From Chloroflexota bacterium (GTDB taxonomy: Bacteria > Bacteroidota > Ignavibacteria > Kapaibacteriales > UBA2268): a DNA stretch of 64,000 nt. Every line of letters starts with the position of its first letter. Position 1 is the stretch's first letter. The stretch lies in contig JBLNBN010000022.1 in NCBI GenBank assembly GCA_050260015.1, forward strand, positions 23,290-87,289, read 5' to 3'. A program made the position numbers and the translations under genes. This document shows, piece after piece, positions 43,360 through 53,668 of this stretch. The notes beneath the pieces were generated by a model. The model was not told the DNA's origin, ran no database searches, and saw only the letters and a list, made by a program, of their open reading frames with translations.

Positions 43360-43812
43360 ATGAGAAAACCCTTCATTCTCGTTGTAGATGACAACAAAAT
43401 AACAACCAAACTGCTTAGAAGATATCTGGAAGCAAACGGTTACGAAGCTAAAGAGGCCTACGACGGCGTAGATTGTTTGGAAAAAGTCGAGGAAAAAGCC
43501 CCCGACGCTATCGTGCTCGACGTTATGATGCCGCGCATGGACGGCTACGAGACCGTTCGCAGACTTAAGGAGCAAGCGCATACGAAGCAAATCCCGGTCG
43601 TCATCGTAACGGCGCTAAACGACGTCGCTAATCAATTAAAATCTATCGAAGCCGGGGCCGACGACTTCCTGAGCAAACCTATCGAGGAAAAATTGCTTAT
43701 CGCAAAGGTAAAGCTGCTTTCGAGCCTGAGCCTTGCAAACGAACGCTCGCGCATGCTCGAAACGACGCTTCGCGAATTCATGCCCGACGCCGCGAAGACC
43801 ATAGAAAACTAA
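43360..43812 (+). CDS. Single-domain CheY-like response regulator with a short C-terminal helix
   Basis: ILVVDDN...AIVLDVMMPRMDG...VVIVTA...GADDFLSKP. The ATG at 43360 is preceded by GAGGAG. Confidence 0.88.
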   Translation: MRKPFILVVDDNKITTKLLRRYLEANGYEAKEAYDGVDCLEKVEEKAPDAIVLDVMMPRMDGYETVRRLKEQAHTKQIPVVIVTALNDVANQLKSIEAGADDFLSKPIEEKLLIAKVKLLSSLSLANERSRMLETTLREFMPDAAKTIEN

Positions 43813-43911
43813 CGGCTTGCGAATTACGACGATTTTTCGGACTTTTCTAACAATATTAAGCCGCTTTTAGCTTCTTGAATCTGTATTTCATTACTTATTT
43901 AAGAGATTAAA

Positions 43912-44556
43912 ATGCGCTTTAAAGGTTTATTGCGAGGATTAGCGGTCGCGCTTATTTCCGTTCTTGTCTTCAACGGATGCTCGGCTCTCAAGGACGTCTC
44001 GAAAACTATCGGGAACTTACAAAAACTTAAATTTAAGCTCGACAACGTCTCCGGCTTCAGGCTCGCGGGCGTCAACCTGTCGAATAAATCAAGACTTTCG
44101 GACATCTCCGTCTCCGACGCGCTAAACTTAACGCGCGCGTTCGGATCGAAAAGGCTTCCGGCGGAATTTACTTTAAACGTCGCCGCGCTCAATCCCGCCG
44201 AGAGCGGCGGCGCGACCCAGCCGACTAAAAGCTCCGCGAGCGGCGCCCGGCTCGTCGGGCTGGATTGGCGGCTCTTTATCGATAACGTCGAAACGGTCTC
44301 CGGCGACATCTCCTCCCCCGTTACCATACCTAACGCAGGCGAGCAAACCATAATTCCAATCCGTATTAATCTCGATTTGATGAGCTTTTTCGGCAATCAG
44401 GACTACGAACGCCTGATCAATCTCGCGCTCGCGCTCGGCGGCCAGGGCGGTTCGGCTGCGCGCCTTAAGCTCGATGCGCGACCGACTATTTCGACCTCGT
44501 TCGGAAATTTCACCTATCCAAATCGGATTACGATCGTAAATACTGAATTCAGATAA
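43912..44556 (+). CDS. Lipoprotein, possibly LEA type-2 / water-stress-domain-like
   Basis: Lipobox LVFNGCS. The beta-rich pattern is compatible with LEA_2, but the family call is weak. Confidence 0.4.
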   Translation: MRFKGLLRGLAVALISVLVFNGCSALKDVSKTIGNLQKLKFKLDNVSGFRLAGVNLSNKSRLSDISVSDALNLTRAFGSKRLPAEFTLNVAALNPAESGGATQPTKSSASGARLVGLDWRLFIDNVETVSGDISSPVTIPNAGEQTIIPIRINLDLMSFFGNQDYERLINLALALGGQGGSAARLKLDARPTISTSFGNFTYPNRITIVNTEFR

Positions 44557-44557
44557 T

Positions 44558-45358
44558 ATGGAGCAAAACTTATTAGCGGCGATCCTGCTTACCGCGTTCG
44601 CCGGGCTATCGACGGGCGTCGGCAGCGCGATCGCCTTTTTCTCCAGGAAAACGAATAAGAACTTTTTAGCTGTTGCGCTCGGCTTTTCAGCGGGCGTAAT
44701 GATCTTCGTCTCCTTCGTCGAAATTTATTTTAAGGGGCAACGCGCCCTCGTCGAAGTCTACGGCGACGTTCCGGGCAAATGGATGACAATGGCGGCGTTC
44801 TTCGCCGGGATATTTATTATCCTGATCATCGATAAGCTAATACCGAGCTACGAGAACCCCCACGAGCCTGTCCTGATCGAGAACGCGGAGCGGCCGACCA
44901 ACGATATGAAGCTTCATCGAATGGGTTTGTTTACCGCGTTGGCTATAGCTATACATAACTTTCCCGAGGGGCTTGCGACCTTTACCGCGGCCCTGACGGA
45001 CCCCGCGCTCGGCGCTTCAATCGCCGTCGCCATCGCCATACATAACATCCCCGAAGGCATAGCGGTCTCCGTGCCGATCTACTACGCCACGGGCAGCAGG
45101 AAGAAGGCCTTCTGGCTATCCGCCCTCTCCGGGCTCGCGGAGCCTGTCGGGGCCGCCATTGGATACTTCGTCTTTATGAAGTATTTTACTCCCTCCACCT
45201 ACGGGTTTATGTTCGCCGGCGTTGCGGGCATTATGGTGTTTATTTCGCTCGACGAGCTATTGCCCACCGCGCGCGAATACGGCTCGGGTCACAACGCGAT
45301 CTATGGCATGATTGCCGGCATGATGGTTATGGCGTTCAGCCTCGGCCTTTTCTTTTAG
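44558..45358 (+). CDS. zupT: ZIP-family zinc transporter
   Basis: [10 protein letters not shown] and [24 protein letters not shown]. Starts 1 nt after the preceding stop. Confidence 0.9.
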   Translation: MEQNLLAAILLTAFAGLSTGVGSAIAFFSRKTNKNFLAVALGFSAGVMIFVSFVEIYFKGQRALVEVYGDVPGKWMTMAAFFAGIFIILIIDKLIPSYENPHEPVLIENAERPTNDMKLHRMGLFTALAIAIHNFPEGLATFTAALTDPALGASIAVAIAIHNIPEGIAVSVPIYYATGSRKKAFWLSALSGLAEPVGAAIGYFVFMKYFTPSTYGFMFAGVAGIMVFISLDELLPTAREYGSGHNAIYGMIAGMMVMAFSLGLFF

Positions 45359-45380
45359 AATTTTCGACTTATAAAAAATA

Positions 45381-45408
45381 AGAAGCCCCGCCGGATAGCG
45401 GGGCTTCT
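45381..45408. terminator. Bidirectional rho-independent terminator (zupT / pepD convergent)
   Basis: Perfect 11-bp stem agaagccccgc / gcggggcttct, 6-nt loop, an A-run before and T-rich sequence after. Confidence 0.8.
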
Positions 45409-45432
45409 TTGCTATAATAACAGATTATAACG

Positions 45433-46902
45433 TTACGCTTTGGGAGCTTCGGGAATGTTCTCAAGAATGCCCAAAAGCAAGCGCCAGATCCTCTGCGTGC
45501 TGGAGATCTGGATCATCTCGTCCGGCGAGTGAACGTCCTTTAAGTTCGGACCGAATGAGAGCATATCCATGCCCGGGTATTTCTCGCCGATAAGGCCGCA
45601 CTCGAGACCGGCGTGTATCGCTTCGATCTTGGGCTCATGGCCGTACTGCGATTTGAAGACGCCCTTCGCCATATTGAGTATCGGCGAAGCAACGTTGGGC
45701 TCCCATGCCGGGTAGCCGTCGCCGGAGGTTACTACGGCGCCGCCGAGCTCGAAGGCGAGCTTAACCATTTGGCCCATGTGCATCTTCTCGCTTTCGACGG
45801 AGCTGCGCTGGCTCGTTAGAACATATACTTCAGCTTCGCGGGTTTCGACGATAGCGAAGTTGGTCGAGGTTTGAACTAAGCCTGCGATATCGGGGCTCAT
45901 ACGCATAACGCCGTGCGGGCATACGTAGAAGCTCATCAGGAGGCGCTTCTGGAATTCTGCGTCCATAACGCGCGAGACGTTCCCGGCGGCTTCAGCGGAA
46001 ATCATTAAATTCGGCTCTTTCGTGCGGTACTCGATTTGAAGCGTTTTATTAAACTCTTCGACGTATTTGTTGAAATCTACCGCGGAGCCTTCAGGAACGG
46101 TAATAGTGGCGAACGCTTCGCGCGGAATGGCGTTGTGCTTGTTGCCGCTGTTGAAGTCGGAGAGCGAGATATGGAACATTTCGGTCAGGTTCCAGAGCAA
46201 CCGGGTCATAACCTTTGCGGCGTTTGCGCGACCGTCGTGGATCTCGATGCCGGAGTGCCCGCCGCGCAATCCTTTAACGGAGAGCTTGAAGGCCTTCGAG
46301 CCGGGATGAGCTTCGCCGGCCTTGTAGGCGTAGCTGGCGGCGGTGTTGAGCCCGCCCGCGCACCCGATGGTGAAGGCGCCGTCCTCTTCGGAGTCGAGGT
46401 TGATCATGATCTTAGCCTGCAGCAGGTCCGTACCGAGCTGTTGCGCGCCGGTTAAGCCGGTTTCCTCGTCGAGCGTGCAGAGCAATTCAATCGGGGGGTG
46501 CTTAACGCCTTCGGCGGTCATAGCGGCCATACCCATAGCGATGCCGATACCGTTGTCGGCGCCGAGCGTCGTTCCGCGGGCCTTTATCCAATCGCCGTCG
46601 ATATAGGGTTGGATCGGGTCGTTGTCGAAATCGAATTCGACGTCGCTGTTCTTCTCGGCGACCATGTCGAGGTGGCCCTGTATCGCGACGGGAGTGCGGT
46701 TTTCGTAGCCGTGCGAGGCCGGCTTGCGAACGACGACGTTGCCTAACGCGTCTCTTTGCGATTCAAATCCCTGTTCCTTTGCCCAATTGACCATAAATTC
46801 AGCGATGCGCTCTTCCTTTTTCGAGGGGCGCGGCACTTGCGTAATCTGCTCAAAATACTCCCAAACGAGAGCCGGTTCGATGCCGGTTAATATCTTAGCC
46901 AT
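45433..46902 (-). CDS. pepD: Xaa-His (aminoacyl-histidine) dipeptidase, M20C family
   Basis: LEPALVWEYFEQITQVPRPSKKEERI, HLDMV, LGADNGIG and LDEETGLTGA. Confidence 0.88.
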   Translation of the reverse strand: MAKILTGIEPALVWEYFEQITQVPRPSKKEERIAEFMVNWAKEQGFESQRDALGNVVVRKPASHGYENRTPVAIQGHLDMVAEKNSDVEFDFDNDPIQPYIDGDWIKARGTTLGADNGIGIAMGMAAMTAEGVKHPPIELLCTLDEETGLTGAQQLGTDLLQAKIMINLDSEEDGAFTIGCAGGLNTAASYAYKAGEAHPGSKAFKLSVKGLRGGHSGIEIHDGRANAAKVMTRLLWNLTEMFHISLSDFNSGNKHNAIPREAFATITVPEGSAVDFNKYVEEFNKTLQIEYRTKEPNLMISAEAAGNVSRVMDAEFQKRLLMSFYVCPHGVMRMSPDIAGLVQTSTNFAIVETREAEVYVLTSQRSSVESEKMHMGQMVKLAFELGGAVVTSGDGYPAWEPNVASPILNMAKGVFKSQYGHEPKIEAIHAGLECGLIGEKYPGMDMLSFGPNLKDVHSPDEMIQISSTQRIWRLLLGILENIPEAPKA

Positions 46903-46912
46903 TCAATCACCT

Positions 46913-47269
46913 TTATAATTCTTTAAAATTTATAAAACCGTTCTTGTAGAGTTGCGTAAGGAATGCGGTGAGGCGGTCGTAGACGGGCTCGATTTCCTCG
47001 CCGAATCTCGCGCGTAGCGTTGCGGCGATAGCGTCGACGTTGTTTTTACCGTCGATGAGCTCCCACGCCGCGCTGCCGAGCGCGTCCAGGTTGGCTTTAA
47101 TGTATTTATTCCGCAGCCGCGGCTGAAGCAGCTTGCCGAAGACCTTGTCGGTAAATCGCGGGACGAGCACGTCAATCAGTCCCTTTTCGTTTAGTTCGTG
47201 CTCATAGAGCCGATTTGGAGTGAGTTCCAGGTAGTTAATATCCTCGCCCTTCTTCTTCTTTGCAAGCAT
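46913..47269 (-). CDS. PqqD-family (RiPP-recognition-element-like) small protein
   Basis: The pattern ANLDALGSAAWELIDGKNNVDAIAATLRARFGEEIEPVYDRLTAFLTQLYKNGFI follows the PqqD winged-helix pattern. Confidence 0.65.
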   Translation of the reverse strand: MLAKKKKGEDINYLELTPNRLYEHELNEKGLIDVLVPRFTDKVFGKLLQPRLRNKYIKANLDALGSAAWELIDGKNNVDAIAATLRARFGEEIEPVYDRLTAFLTQLYKNGFINFKEL

Positions 47270-47327
47270 AGATTTTTGCCAACTTTTTTAAAACATTAGA
47301 AAATGCAATTTATTAAAATTTTATAAC

Positions 47328-48779
47328 TTAACCTAATAATTCTTTTCTGCTTACGCCGATTGGCGAAACTCCGCCCGAGGGCCTGAGCATGTAAGTTAAG
47401 TAGCAAAATGCGTCGACCTGGTCGTCGTGGGCTCCGTTCGGAAATGAAAGCAGCTCGCTTTCGAACGTATCGAGCCAATCGGCCTCCTTCAACAGGTAAA
47501 CCGTACCGGCTTCCACCCGGGCGGCCATATCGAGCGAGCGGGCGAACTTGTCGCCTTTCGGCCTTAAATCCTTTACGGGTAGCCCGGCCCGGCGCGCGCT
47601 CTGTACGAGCGACAGCTGGTATTGTGAGCTTTCTACGCCAATCGCCGACGGCGCCCAATCGTCAAATATTTTCTTTAAAAACTCGAGATGGTCGGCAGCC
47701 TCGAGTTGGAGCCGAATCATCTTAAGCAGCGCAATTTCCCCTTTCGGGGCGATCGCGGCCACGGCGCAAGCTGTGTAATCGTTTCGCTCGCCAATTTTTA
47801 CCGCCAGGTCCACAGCGGCGATTATTTTGCATTCGCCGAGCGAAACGGGGGCGAACCCTCCGGCAGTATCCAAGAGGCAGCCCGGCGAGAGCAGTCGTAT
47901 GACGCTCCCTTCCGACTCGAAGTACCGCAGGTCCTTCCTTCGGAACGCGGCGCCCGAGCGCGGCTGCGGCGACTGCTGGTACATAGCCTCGAACCAATAC
48001 GAGCCGAGCTCCGCCCGGAATTCGCCAAGCTTATCCTCGTCGAACCGCTCCGGCCAAAGCGCCCGGCCTTCTTCGCGGCCCAGCGGATCGTTCTTTGAGG
48101 CGAAGGCGGGCAACGAAAGCGCCTTCCACTTATCGCCCCTTTTAGCGAGCTCGCCGGCGAGGTCGTCCTCGCTCCAGCGCGTCATAACGAGTATGGCCGC
48201 TCCGTTCGGTTCGAGCCTGGTGTAGGCGGTGCTGCGGAACCAATCGAGCAGCCCGCGCATAAAGTCGGGTTTATGCAGCCGTAAATTATTCTTTATCGGG
48301 TCGTCGATTATCAGCAAGTCGGCCCCGCGCCCTGTAATGGAGCCACCGGCCCCGACGGCGAACATTCCTCCGCCGTAATCCTTAAGCGCGAATTCCCCGG
48401 CGCGGCGCGAGCCGCGTTTCAATTCGAGCGAGAGGCGCTCCCCGCTCTCTTCTATTATATCGCGAACCGAGCGTGAAAAGTTGCGCGCAAATTCCGCGGC
48501 ATAAGAAATTAATATAATTCTCCGCTCGGGGAAGAGCGTCAGGTACCAAACGGGGAAGTACTTGGAAATAAATTCTGATTTGCCGTGCCTTGGCGGTATA
48601 CTAATTATTTGAAAGCGTTCGGCCCCGGCGGCGAGCTCCGCAAGGCGAATCCCGAGAAACTGTAAATGCTTCGCAGGGCGCCACCTGCCCCCGCTTAGCT
48701 CCTTCGCTAATGCGGCAGGCTGCGCAAACTCGCTCTCCCTGCCTGCGAGGAATATCCCTTTTTTGCTATAAGTTTTCAT
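47328..48779 (-). CDS. Phage terminase large subunit (TerL)-like ATPase-nuclease, orphan copy
   Basis: 483 aa. Walker A-like PPRHGKSEF, Walker B ADLLIIDDP, MTRWSEDDL coupling motif, and a C-terminal RNaseH-like nuclease with IIAAVDLA ... GAHDDQVDAF. Uninterrupted ORF. Confidence 0.75.
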   Translation of the reverse strand: MKTYSKKGIFLAGRESEFAQPAALAKELSGGRWRPAKHLQFLGIRLAELAAGAERFQIISIPPRHGKSEFISKYFPVWYLTLFPERRIILISYAAEFARNFSRSVRDIIEESGERLSLELKRGSRRAGEFALKDYGGGMFAVGAGGSITGRGADLLIIDDPIKNNLRLHKPDFMRGLLDWFRSTAYTRLEPNGAAILVMTRWSEDDLAGELAKRGDKWKALSLPAFASKNDPLGREEGRALWPERFDEDKLGEFRAELGSYWFEAMYQQSPQPRSGAAFRRKDLRYFESEGSVIRLLSPGCLLDTAGGFAPVSLGECKIIAAVDLAVKIGERNDYTACAVAAIAPKGEIALLKMIRLQLEAADHLEFLKKIFDDWAPSAIGVESSQYQLSLVQSARRAGLPVKDLRPKGDKFARSLDMAARVEAGTVYLLKEADWLDTFESELLSFPNGAHDDQVDAFCYLTYMLRPSGGVSPIGVSRKELLG

Positions 48780-48859
48780 TTCCGCCTTTTTTACGGAAAA
48801 TTACAGCGGACTGCGGGACATCCCAAATAAATATTTAATAGGATTGATCCTGCGCTTAT

Positions 48860-49168
48860 CTATTTCTCGGTTTGCCGAGAGGCGCGGTTGCGGATAGTAT
48901 CCATCATGCGAATAAAATCGTCCTTGTCCTGCGCGAATTTTATAAATTCTTCGCGGAAACTCTGCTCGGTGAAGCCGTTCTTCTGAAGAATTTTTTGAAC
49001 CTCTTCTTCGGCGCGAAGGGAATCCGAGTGTAATTCGCGGGCGATTAAAACTTCCTGGTATATTCTCATAAAGCGTTCACGGTCGCGATTTGCGTCCGCG
49101 CACGCAACGACTATGACGACTCCGATTGCCAGGGCAGCCGTCAACAAAACTTTTTTGCTTATTCTCAT
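48860..49168 (-). CDS. Small exported helical protein (102 aa), unknown function
   Basis: The internal ATG at 49166-49168 gives MRISKKVLLTAALAIGVVIVVACAD (signal/lipobox), then a charged helical region. The longer ORF-track start overlaps the upstream gene. Confidence 0.5.
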   Translation of the reverse strand: MRISKKVLLTAALAIGVVIVVACADANRDRERFMRIYQEVLIARELHSDSLRAEEEVQKILQKNGFTEQSFREEFIKFAQDKDDFIRMMDTIRNRASRQTEK

Positions 49169-49233
49169 CGTTTTCCTTTTACTTTCGCAAAAAGCAAATT
49201 TAATTATTCTGCGGCAACGAGGCAAGCTTTTTT

Positions 49234-50550
49234 TCATATAACCTGCATGGAGCCTTTTTGCCAGAAGAACTTCTCGCCTTCGGCAGGACGAAGTTCCGAG
49301 ATCCACACAGCTTTCGGGTCATATTTTGCGAAAAACGGTATATTGACCATTTCCGGGTCGCGCGCCTGCGTAAAATGCATAGCCATGCGCTTTTCACCCG
49401 CTATTTCGGCGACGCCGTCAAAAATAATCTTACCCGGAGCGGCGGACATAGTCGGTCCGCGCGCCGTTCTGCATAATCCGCTTACTGACGATTGAGCTTC
49501 CTTGAATATTTCCCAGGCCCGCTCGAGCGGCACGGAAAAGTAGTGGTTGGGGCCCGTATCGCGCGCGACAAAGAAGTAATAGGGTACCATTCCAAGAATA
49601 ATTTCGCTGCGCCATTTTTCCGCCCAGAGGTCCGCGCTGTCGTTTATGCCGCGGAGCACGGGCGACTGCGTTCGTATTTGGGCGCCGGAGCTCAATATTC
49701 TCTTAACGGCGGCGTGCGCGGCCGGCGAGGACAGCTCGCAGTGGTGATTGACGTGCGCCATTATAGAAAGGTGCAGCCCCCTCTTACCGATGGATTCGAA
49801 ATAGCGGAGGTAATGGTCCGTGTCGGGATCGGAAAGAAATTTATATGGCCAGTAAGTAAGCGCCTTGGTGCCGATACGTATAGTTTTTATGCACGTCCTG
49901 GCAATATTGTTGAGTATTGGATCGAGGAATTCGGAGAACCGTTTAAAGTTCATTATCAAAGGATCCCCGCCGGTGATCAGTAAATCGACTATTTCCTTAT
50001 GCTCGATTAAATATTCGAGTATAAGAGAGGAGTCCTTTGCGGAGAACTTTTTCTCCGGCATAGAGGTAAATTGGGGCCACCGGAAACAGAAGCTGCAAAA
50101 GGCGTGGCAACTCTGCCCATGAGCGGGAAAGGCGAGGGCAGTTTCACGGTATTTGTGCTGAATTCCCTCGAGAGGCGCGCCCCGGAAACGCGGCACGTTG
50201 AGCTCTATTTGAGATGCCGGATGGGGATTTAATTTAAGTCGTATTTCGTGGACTAAATTCTCCGCCGCCGCGCTCATGCCTGCGGCGCGCAACTTCGAAA
50301 GCTCCGTAAAATCGCCGACGGAAAGCATATCCCTGCGTGGAAAGGTCATGGCGTAGATCGGGTCCTCGGCGTAATTTGCCCAATCGATGAGGTGCTCGGC
50401 GACGTAGTTGTTTACTTTAAAAGGCAACACTTGCGAGACGATCTCTATCGCTCGCTTCTCGTGCTCGTCGACGTTCACCATTTGCGGCATAAGCCGGAAA
50501 TTTCCCGCGTTGTAGGCGCGGTACTTTACCGGGGGATAAACTGGCTTCAT
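49234..50550 (-). CDS. KamA-family radical SAM protein (lysine-2,3-aminomutase-like)
   Basis: CHAFCSFCFRW (CX3CX2C), LITGGDPL, IRIGTK and SPVLRGIND, in the KamA family order. Confidence 0.8.
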   Translation of the reverse strand: MKPVYPPVKYRAYNAGNFRLMPQMVNVDEHEKRAIEIVSQVLPFKVNNYVAEHLIDWANYAEDPIYAMTFPRRDMLSVGDFTELSKLRAAGMSAAAENLVHEIRLKLNPHPASQIELNVPRFRGAPLEGIQHKYRETALAFPAHGQSCHAFCSFCFRWPQFTSMPEKKFSAKDSSLILEYLIEHKEIVDLLITGGDPLIMNFKRFSEFLDPILNNIARTCIKTIRIGTKALTYWPYKFLSDPDTDHYLRYFESIGKRGLHLSIMAHVNHHCELSSPAAHAAVKRILSSGAQIRTQSPVLRGINDSADLWAEKWRSEIILGMVPYYFFVARDTGPNHYFSVPLERAWEIFKEAQSSVSGLCRTARGPTMSAAPGKIIFDGVAEIAGEKRMAMHFTQARDPEMVNIPFFAKYDPKAVWISELRPAEGEKFFWQKGSMQVI

Positions 50551-50799
50551 GCTTACTCCGTCGATTAAATTTCTACAATTCCGCCTCCGTTATTCCGCGC
50601 GTAAGGAGCTGCGTAGAGCCCCGCGCGAAAGAAAGAAGTTAAACATACTTATAATATAATATACATTTTATTTATTTAATTCGCAAATTTTCTTTTCGTT
50701 CCGCTCCCCATCTTATTTTACAATGATTTTATTAAAGATTTTTTTAGTTATATTTGAATGAATAGTGCAATGAGCGATAACATAAAATATAGAGGTTAT

Positions 50800-53505
50800 A
50801 TGAGAAATTCACTTACTTTGTTAATTGCGATTTTTGCGGCATTCTCCGGCTTAAGTGCGCAAACTGAGTTTCATGAACTTACGCCTAAGCCTACGGTCGC
50901 ATACGGTCGCGACTACGTGAGCGCGATATTCACGCTCTCAAGCCAGCTCCAGAAGATATTTCTTGACTCGAACAACCCGGCCTACGAAGCGGCCTACGAG
51001 CTAAACGCGCTTTTGCGCGCGGGCGGTTTCGACACTTTGGCCATTAGGCTAGCTTACCCGACGGACTCCTCGGGAATTATCCTCGGCGTCAAGTCGGACT
51101 ATCTAATTGGAGTAATTAACGCGGCGCCCGACCAGCGGTTCGCCCCGGAAAATTTATCGGACCCGGAATCATACGCGATAGACGTCACGCCGAAAAGAGT
51201 CGTCGTTGCCGGGGGCGGTACGAGAGGTTTGCATTACGGCATGCAAACGCTTAAAAAGCTGCTTTTGCCGGGCGACGCCGTCGCTTCTCTCCGAGCGTGC
51301 CGCGTGGTCGATATGCCGGACTTCCCGATCCGCTGGCTCTACTATCCGCATAATCATTTGCCCGACGCAAACTCCGCTAAAGCCCGCGACGTTTGGAAGC
51401 AGGCGGCAGATTATCGTTTTAACGGCGTGCTGATCGGCGACTATAAATTCGACTTCATAACGGATATGCCGCAAAAGTTCTATGATTCGGTCTCTTCGCT
51501 CGCCGACTACGCCCGCTCGCAATACTTAGACTATGTGCTCGCCACTATGAACTTCGGCTACTCCAACGGCTTACTATACTTTAATCCCAATTTCGCGGCG
51601 GGCATGCCCGTCAGAACCCAGAAATTTGTCGTCAAGGACGATATCGCCCGCCCGGCTGGCGAAGGGATTAACCTGCTTCCAAACGGCGGCTTCGAAAGCT
51701 CCGCAGGCGATAATTTCCAAAATTTCGTTTTCATCGACGGGGCCGGCACACAGAGCTTCGCCGATAAGCAAACAAAGCACGGCGGCGCGCAATCTATCCG
51801 GTTTGAGAACTTCAACGGCGCCAACGCGCGCGTTTGCGCCCGAGCCGTGCTTAAGCCCTTTACCCAGTACCATGTTTCTTCGTACGTAAAGACCGAGAAC
51901 GTCTCGCCCCGCCCCGAACTAAAAGTGATAGGCGCCGAGGGCAGGGTCTTAACGCATTACAACTTTAATATCCCCGCTACGACCGACGGCTGGCAAAGGG
52001 TCAATTACACGTTCAATACGCTCGAGGCCGACACGGTAAACATTTACTGGGGCATCTGGGGGGCGGACAAAGGTAAGATATGGTGGGACGACCTGTCGCT
52101 CGAGGAGACCGCGTTCGTTAACATGGTGCGCCGCGACGGTACGCCTCTTGTCGTTTCGCACCCGATACTTAATATTTCATACGTCGAGGGCCAGGACTAT
52201 TATCCGCTGATCGATCAATATTTGGGGAAAGCCAGCCCATGGCTCGGCGACTTCGACGCATGGCACGCGCCGCCGGAATTAAAAATAAAGCCCGGCTCCG
52301 CAATCCACAACGGCGACACCATTATCGTTAGCTATTACCATACTCAATACATCTACGACGGGCAGGTTATGGCCGCCGTGAGCGAACCGAAGCTCTACGA
52401 GCAGATCGAGAGGCAGCATCGAATCGTCGACAGCCTGACCAAGCCCGACTACTATTTCCTCGGCCACGACGAGATCCGCATGCTCAATTGGGAGGCGGGG
52501 GACGAAGCGGTAGCCGGCGGCGACGCAAGTAAGCTGCTGGCGTACAACGTAAAGAAATGCGTCGAAATATTAAAGAAGTACAATCCCAACGCTAAGATCT
52601 GGGCTTGGAACGATATGTTCGACATCTACCACAACGCGCGCGACCCGTTCTATTACCTCGTGAACGGCAGCCTAAAAGGCGTCGCGGATTCCCTGCCGAA
52701 GGATATTGGCATAACGAACTGGAACAGCCAGGCGGGCGTCACAGAAAAAAGCTTGAAGTACTTCGCCGACCTCGGATTTAAGCAAATCTCCGCGCCCTAT
52801 TACGACCAGGACGAGAACAACATACGGGAGTGGAAGGAAACTACTCAATTCCTTCCGAAGGAAAGCTTCCTCGGGATGCTCTATACGACCTGGATCGGTA
52901 AATACGCCCACGTCCGACACTTCGGCGAGTACGCCTGGGGGCATGCTCCCTACGTATATCATACTCCTCCGGTCGCCGGCGGCACGGTTAATAAAAAGTT
53001 TGCGCTCTCGGCAAAGATACTTGGCGACGATTGGGACGCCGACTGGAAGCTTACAAAAGCCACGCTTTATTTAGCTACGGGACATGGATTGCTTCAATCG
53101 ACCAACGGAAAGCTAAAGGACGGCGAGTATGTCTTTGACTTTGACTTCCAGGATCAGCCGAAGTACATCGAATACTACATAATAGCCCAGGACAATAAAG
53201 GCTGGACGAAACGGGCGCCCGCCTACGGGACCTACTTAATTGGAACGAAAACTACTTCGGCGAGCGAGACGGACCTTTGCGGTACGCTCGAAATTTTTCC
53301 AAACCCAGTAACGGACCGTATGATTATTCATTCTGCGAACGGCGGCGAGCTCGAGATACTCGACGCCCTGGGTAATCGGTTATTCGTCCAAAGCGCGGCG
53401 CAAGGCGAAACAATCGTCCCCGTAGCGGAACTCCCTGCGGGAGTTTATTTTGCCCGCATATTCGACGGCAAATCCTACCGATTCGGGAAGTTCGTAAAAA
53501 GGTAA
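50800..53505 (+). CDS. Secreted glycoside-hydrolase-like protein (GH20b-like N-domain, CBM4/9-like insert) with a T9SS C-terminal sorting domain
   Basis: Signal MRNSLTLLIAIFAAFSGLSAQ, YAIDVTPKRVVVAGGGTRGLHYGMQTL..VVDMPDFPIRW, LLPNGGFES, and C-terminus LEIFPNPVTDRMIIH..GVYFARIFDGKSYRFGKFVKR. Confidence 0.7.
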   Translation: MRNSLTLLIAIFAAFSGLSAQTEFHELTPKPTVAYGRDYVSAIFTLSSQLQKIFLDSNNPAYEAAYELNALLRAGGFDTLAIRLAYPTDSSGIILGVKSDYLIGVINAAPDQRFAPENLSDPESYAIDVTPKRVVVAGGGTRGLHYGMQTLKKLLLPGDAVASLRACRVVDMPDFPIRWLYYPHNHLPDANSAKARDVWKQAADYRFNGVLIGDYKFDFITDMPQKFYDSVSSLADYARSQYLDYVLATMNFGYSNGLLYFNPNFAAGMPVRTQKFVVKDDIARPAGEGINLLPNGGFESSAGDNFQNFVFIDGAGTQSFADKQTKHGGAQSIRFENFNGANARVCARAVLKPFTQYHVSSYVKTENVSPRPELKVIGAEGRVLTHYNFNIPATTDGWQRVNYTFNTLEADTVNIYWGIWGADKGKIWWDDLSLEETAFVNMVRRDGTPLVVSHPILNISYVEGQDYYPLIDQYLGKASPWLGDFDAWHAPPELKIKPGSAIHNGDTIIVSYYHTQYIYDGQVMAAVSEPKLYEQIERQHRIVDSLTKPDYYFLGHDEIRMLNWEAGDEAVAGGDASKLLAYNVKKCVEILKKYNPNAKIWAWNDMFDIYHNARDPFYYLVNGSLKGVADSLPKDIGITNWNSQAGVTEKSLKYFADLGFKQISAPYYDQDENNIREWKETTQFLPKESFLGMLYTTWIGKYAHVRHFGEYAWGHAPYVYHTPPVAGGTVNKKFALSAKILGDDWDADWKLTKATLYLATGHGLLQSTNGKLKDGEYVFDFDFQDQPKYIEYYIIAQDNKGWTKRAPAYGTYLIGTKTTSASETDLCGTLEIFPNPVTDRMIIHSANGGELEILDALGNRLFVQSAAQGETIVPVAELPAGVYFARIFDGKSYRFGKFVKR

Positions 53506-53538
53506 TTCAAAAAGACAGGTATGTATGGATAAATCAAA

Positions 53539-53572
53539 AACCCCTTCGCGATGTAGTCGCGGAGGGGTTTCG
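53539..53572 (+). terminator. Terminator hairpin after the 50800-53505 gene
   Basis: 13-bp stem aaccccttcgcga / tcgcggaggggtt (one G-U pair), 5-nt loop, T-rich tail. Confidence 0.6.
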
Positions 53573-53668
53573 CCTTCTTAAGGAGTAATTCCATCGGTCC
53601 AGTTCGAAAAAAAGCGGAGCGCGCTTTAGCCGCCCCGCTTACGCCCTTCCCAATGATTACTTGTAGAG

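Noticed and set aside
47408-48225. Several 76-136-aa ORFs on both strands inside the TerL-like gene
   Set aside because: They are off-frame or antisense shadows. Only the 483-aa frame carries the ATPase and nuclease motifs.
45433-50550. A prophage or phage remnant around the terminase-like gene
   Set aside because: No integrase, portal, capsid, tail, lysis or small-terminase genes are present, there is no flanking direct repeat or tRNA target, and by eye there is no compositional break. I therefore report it as an orphan TerL rather than as a mobile element.
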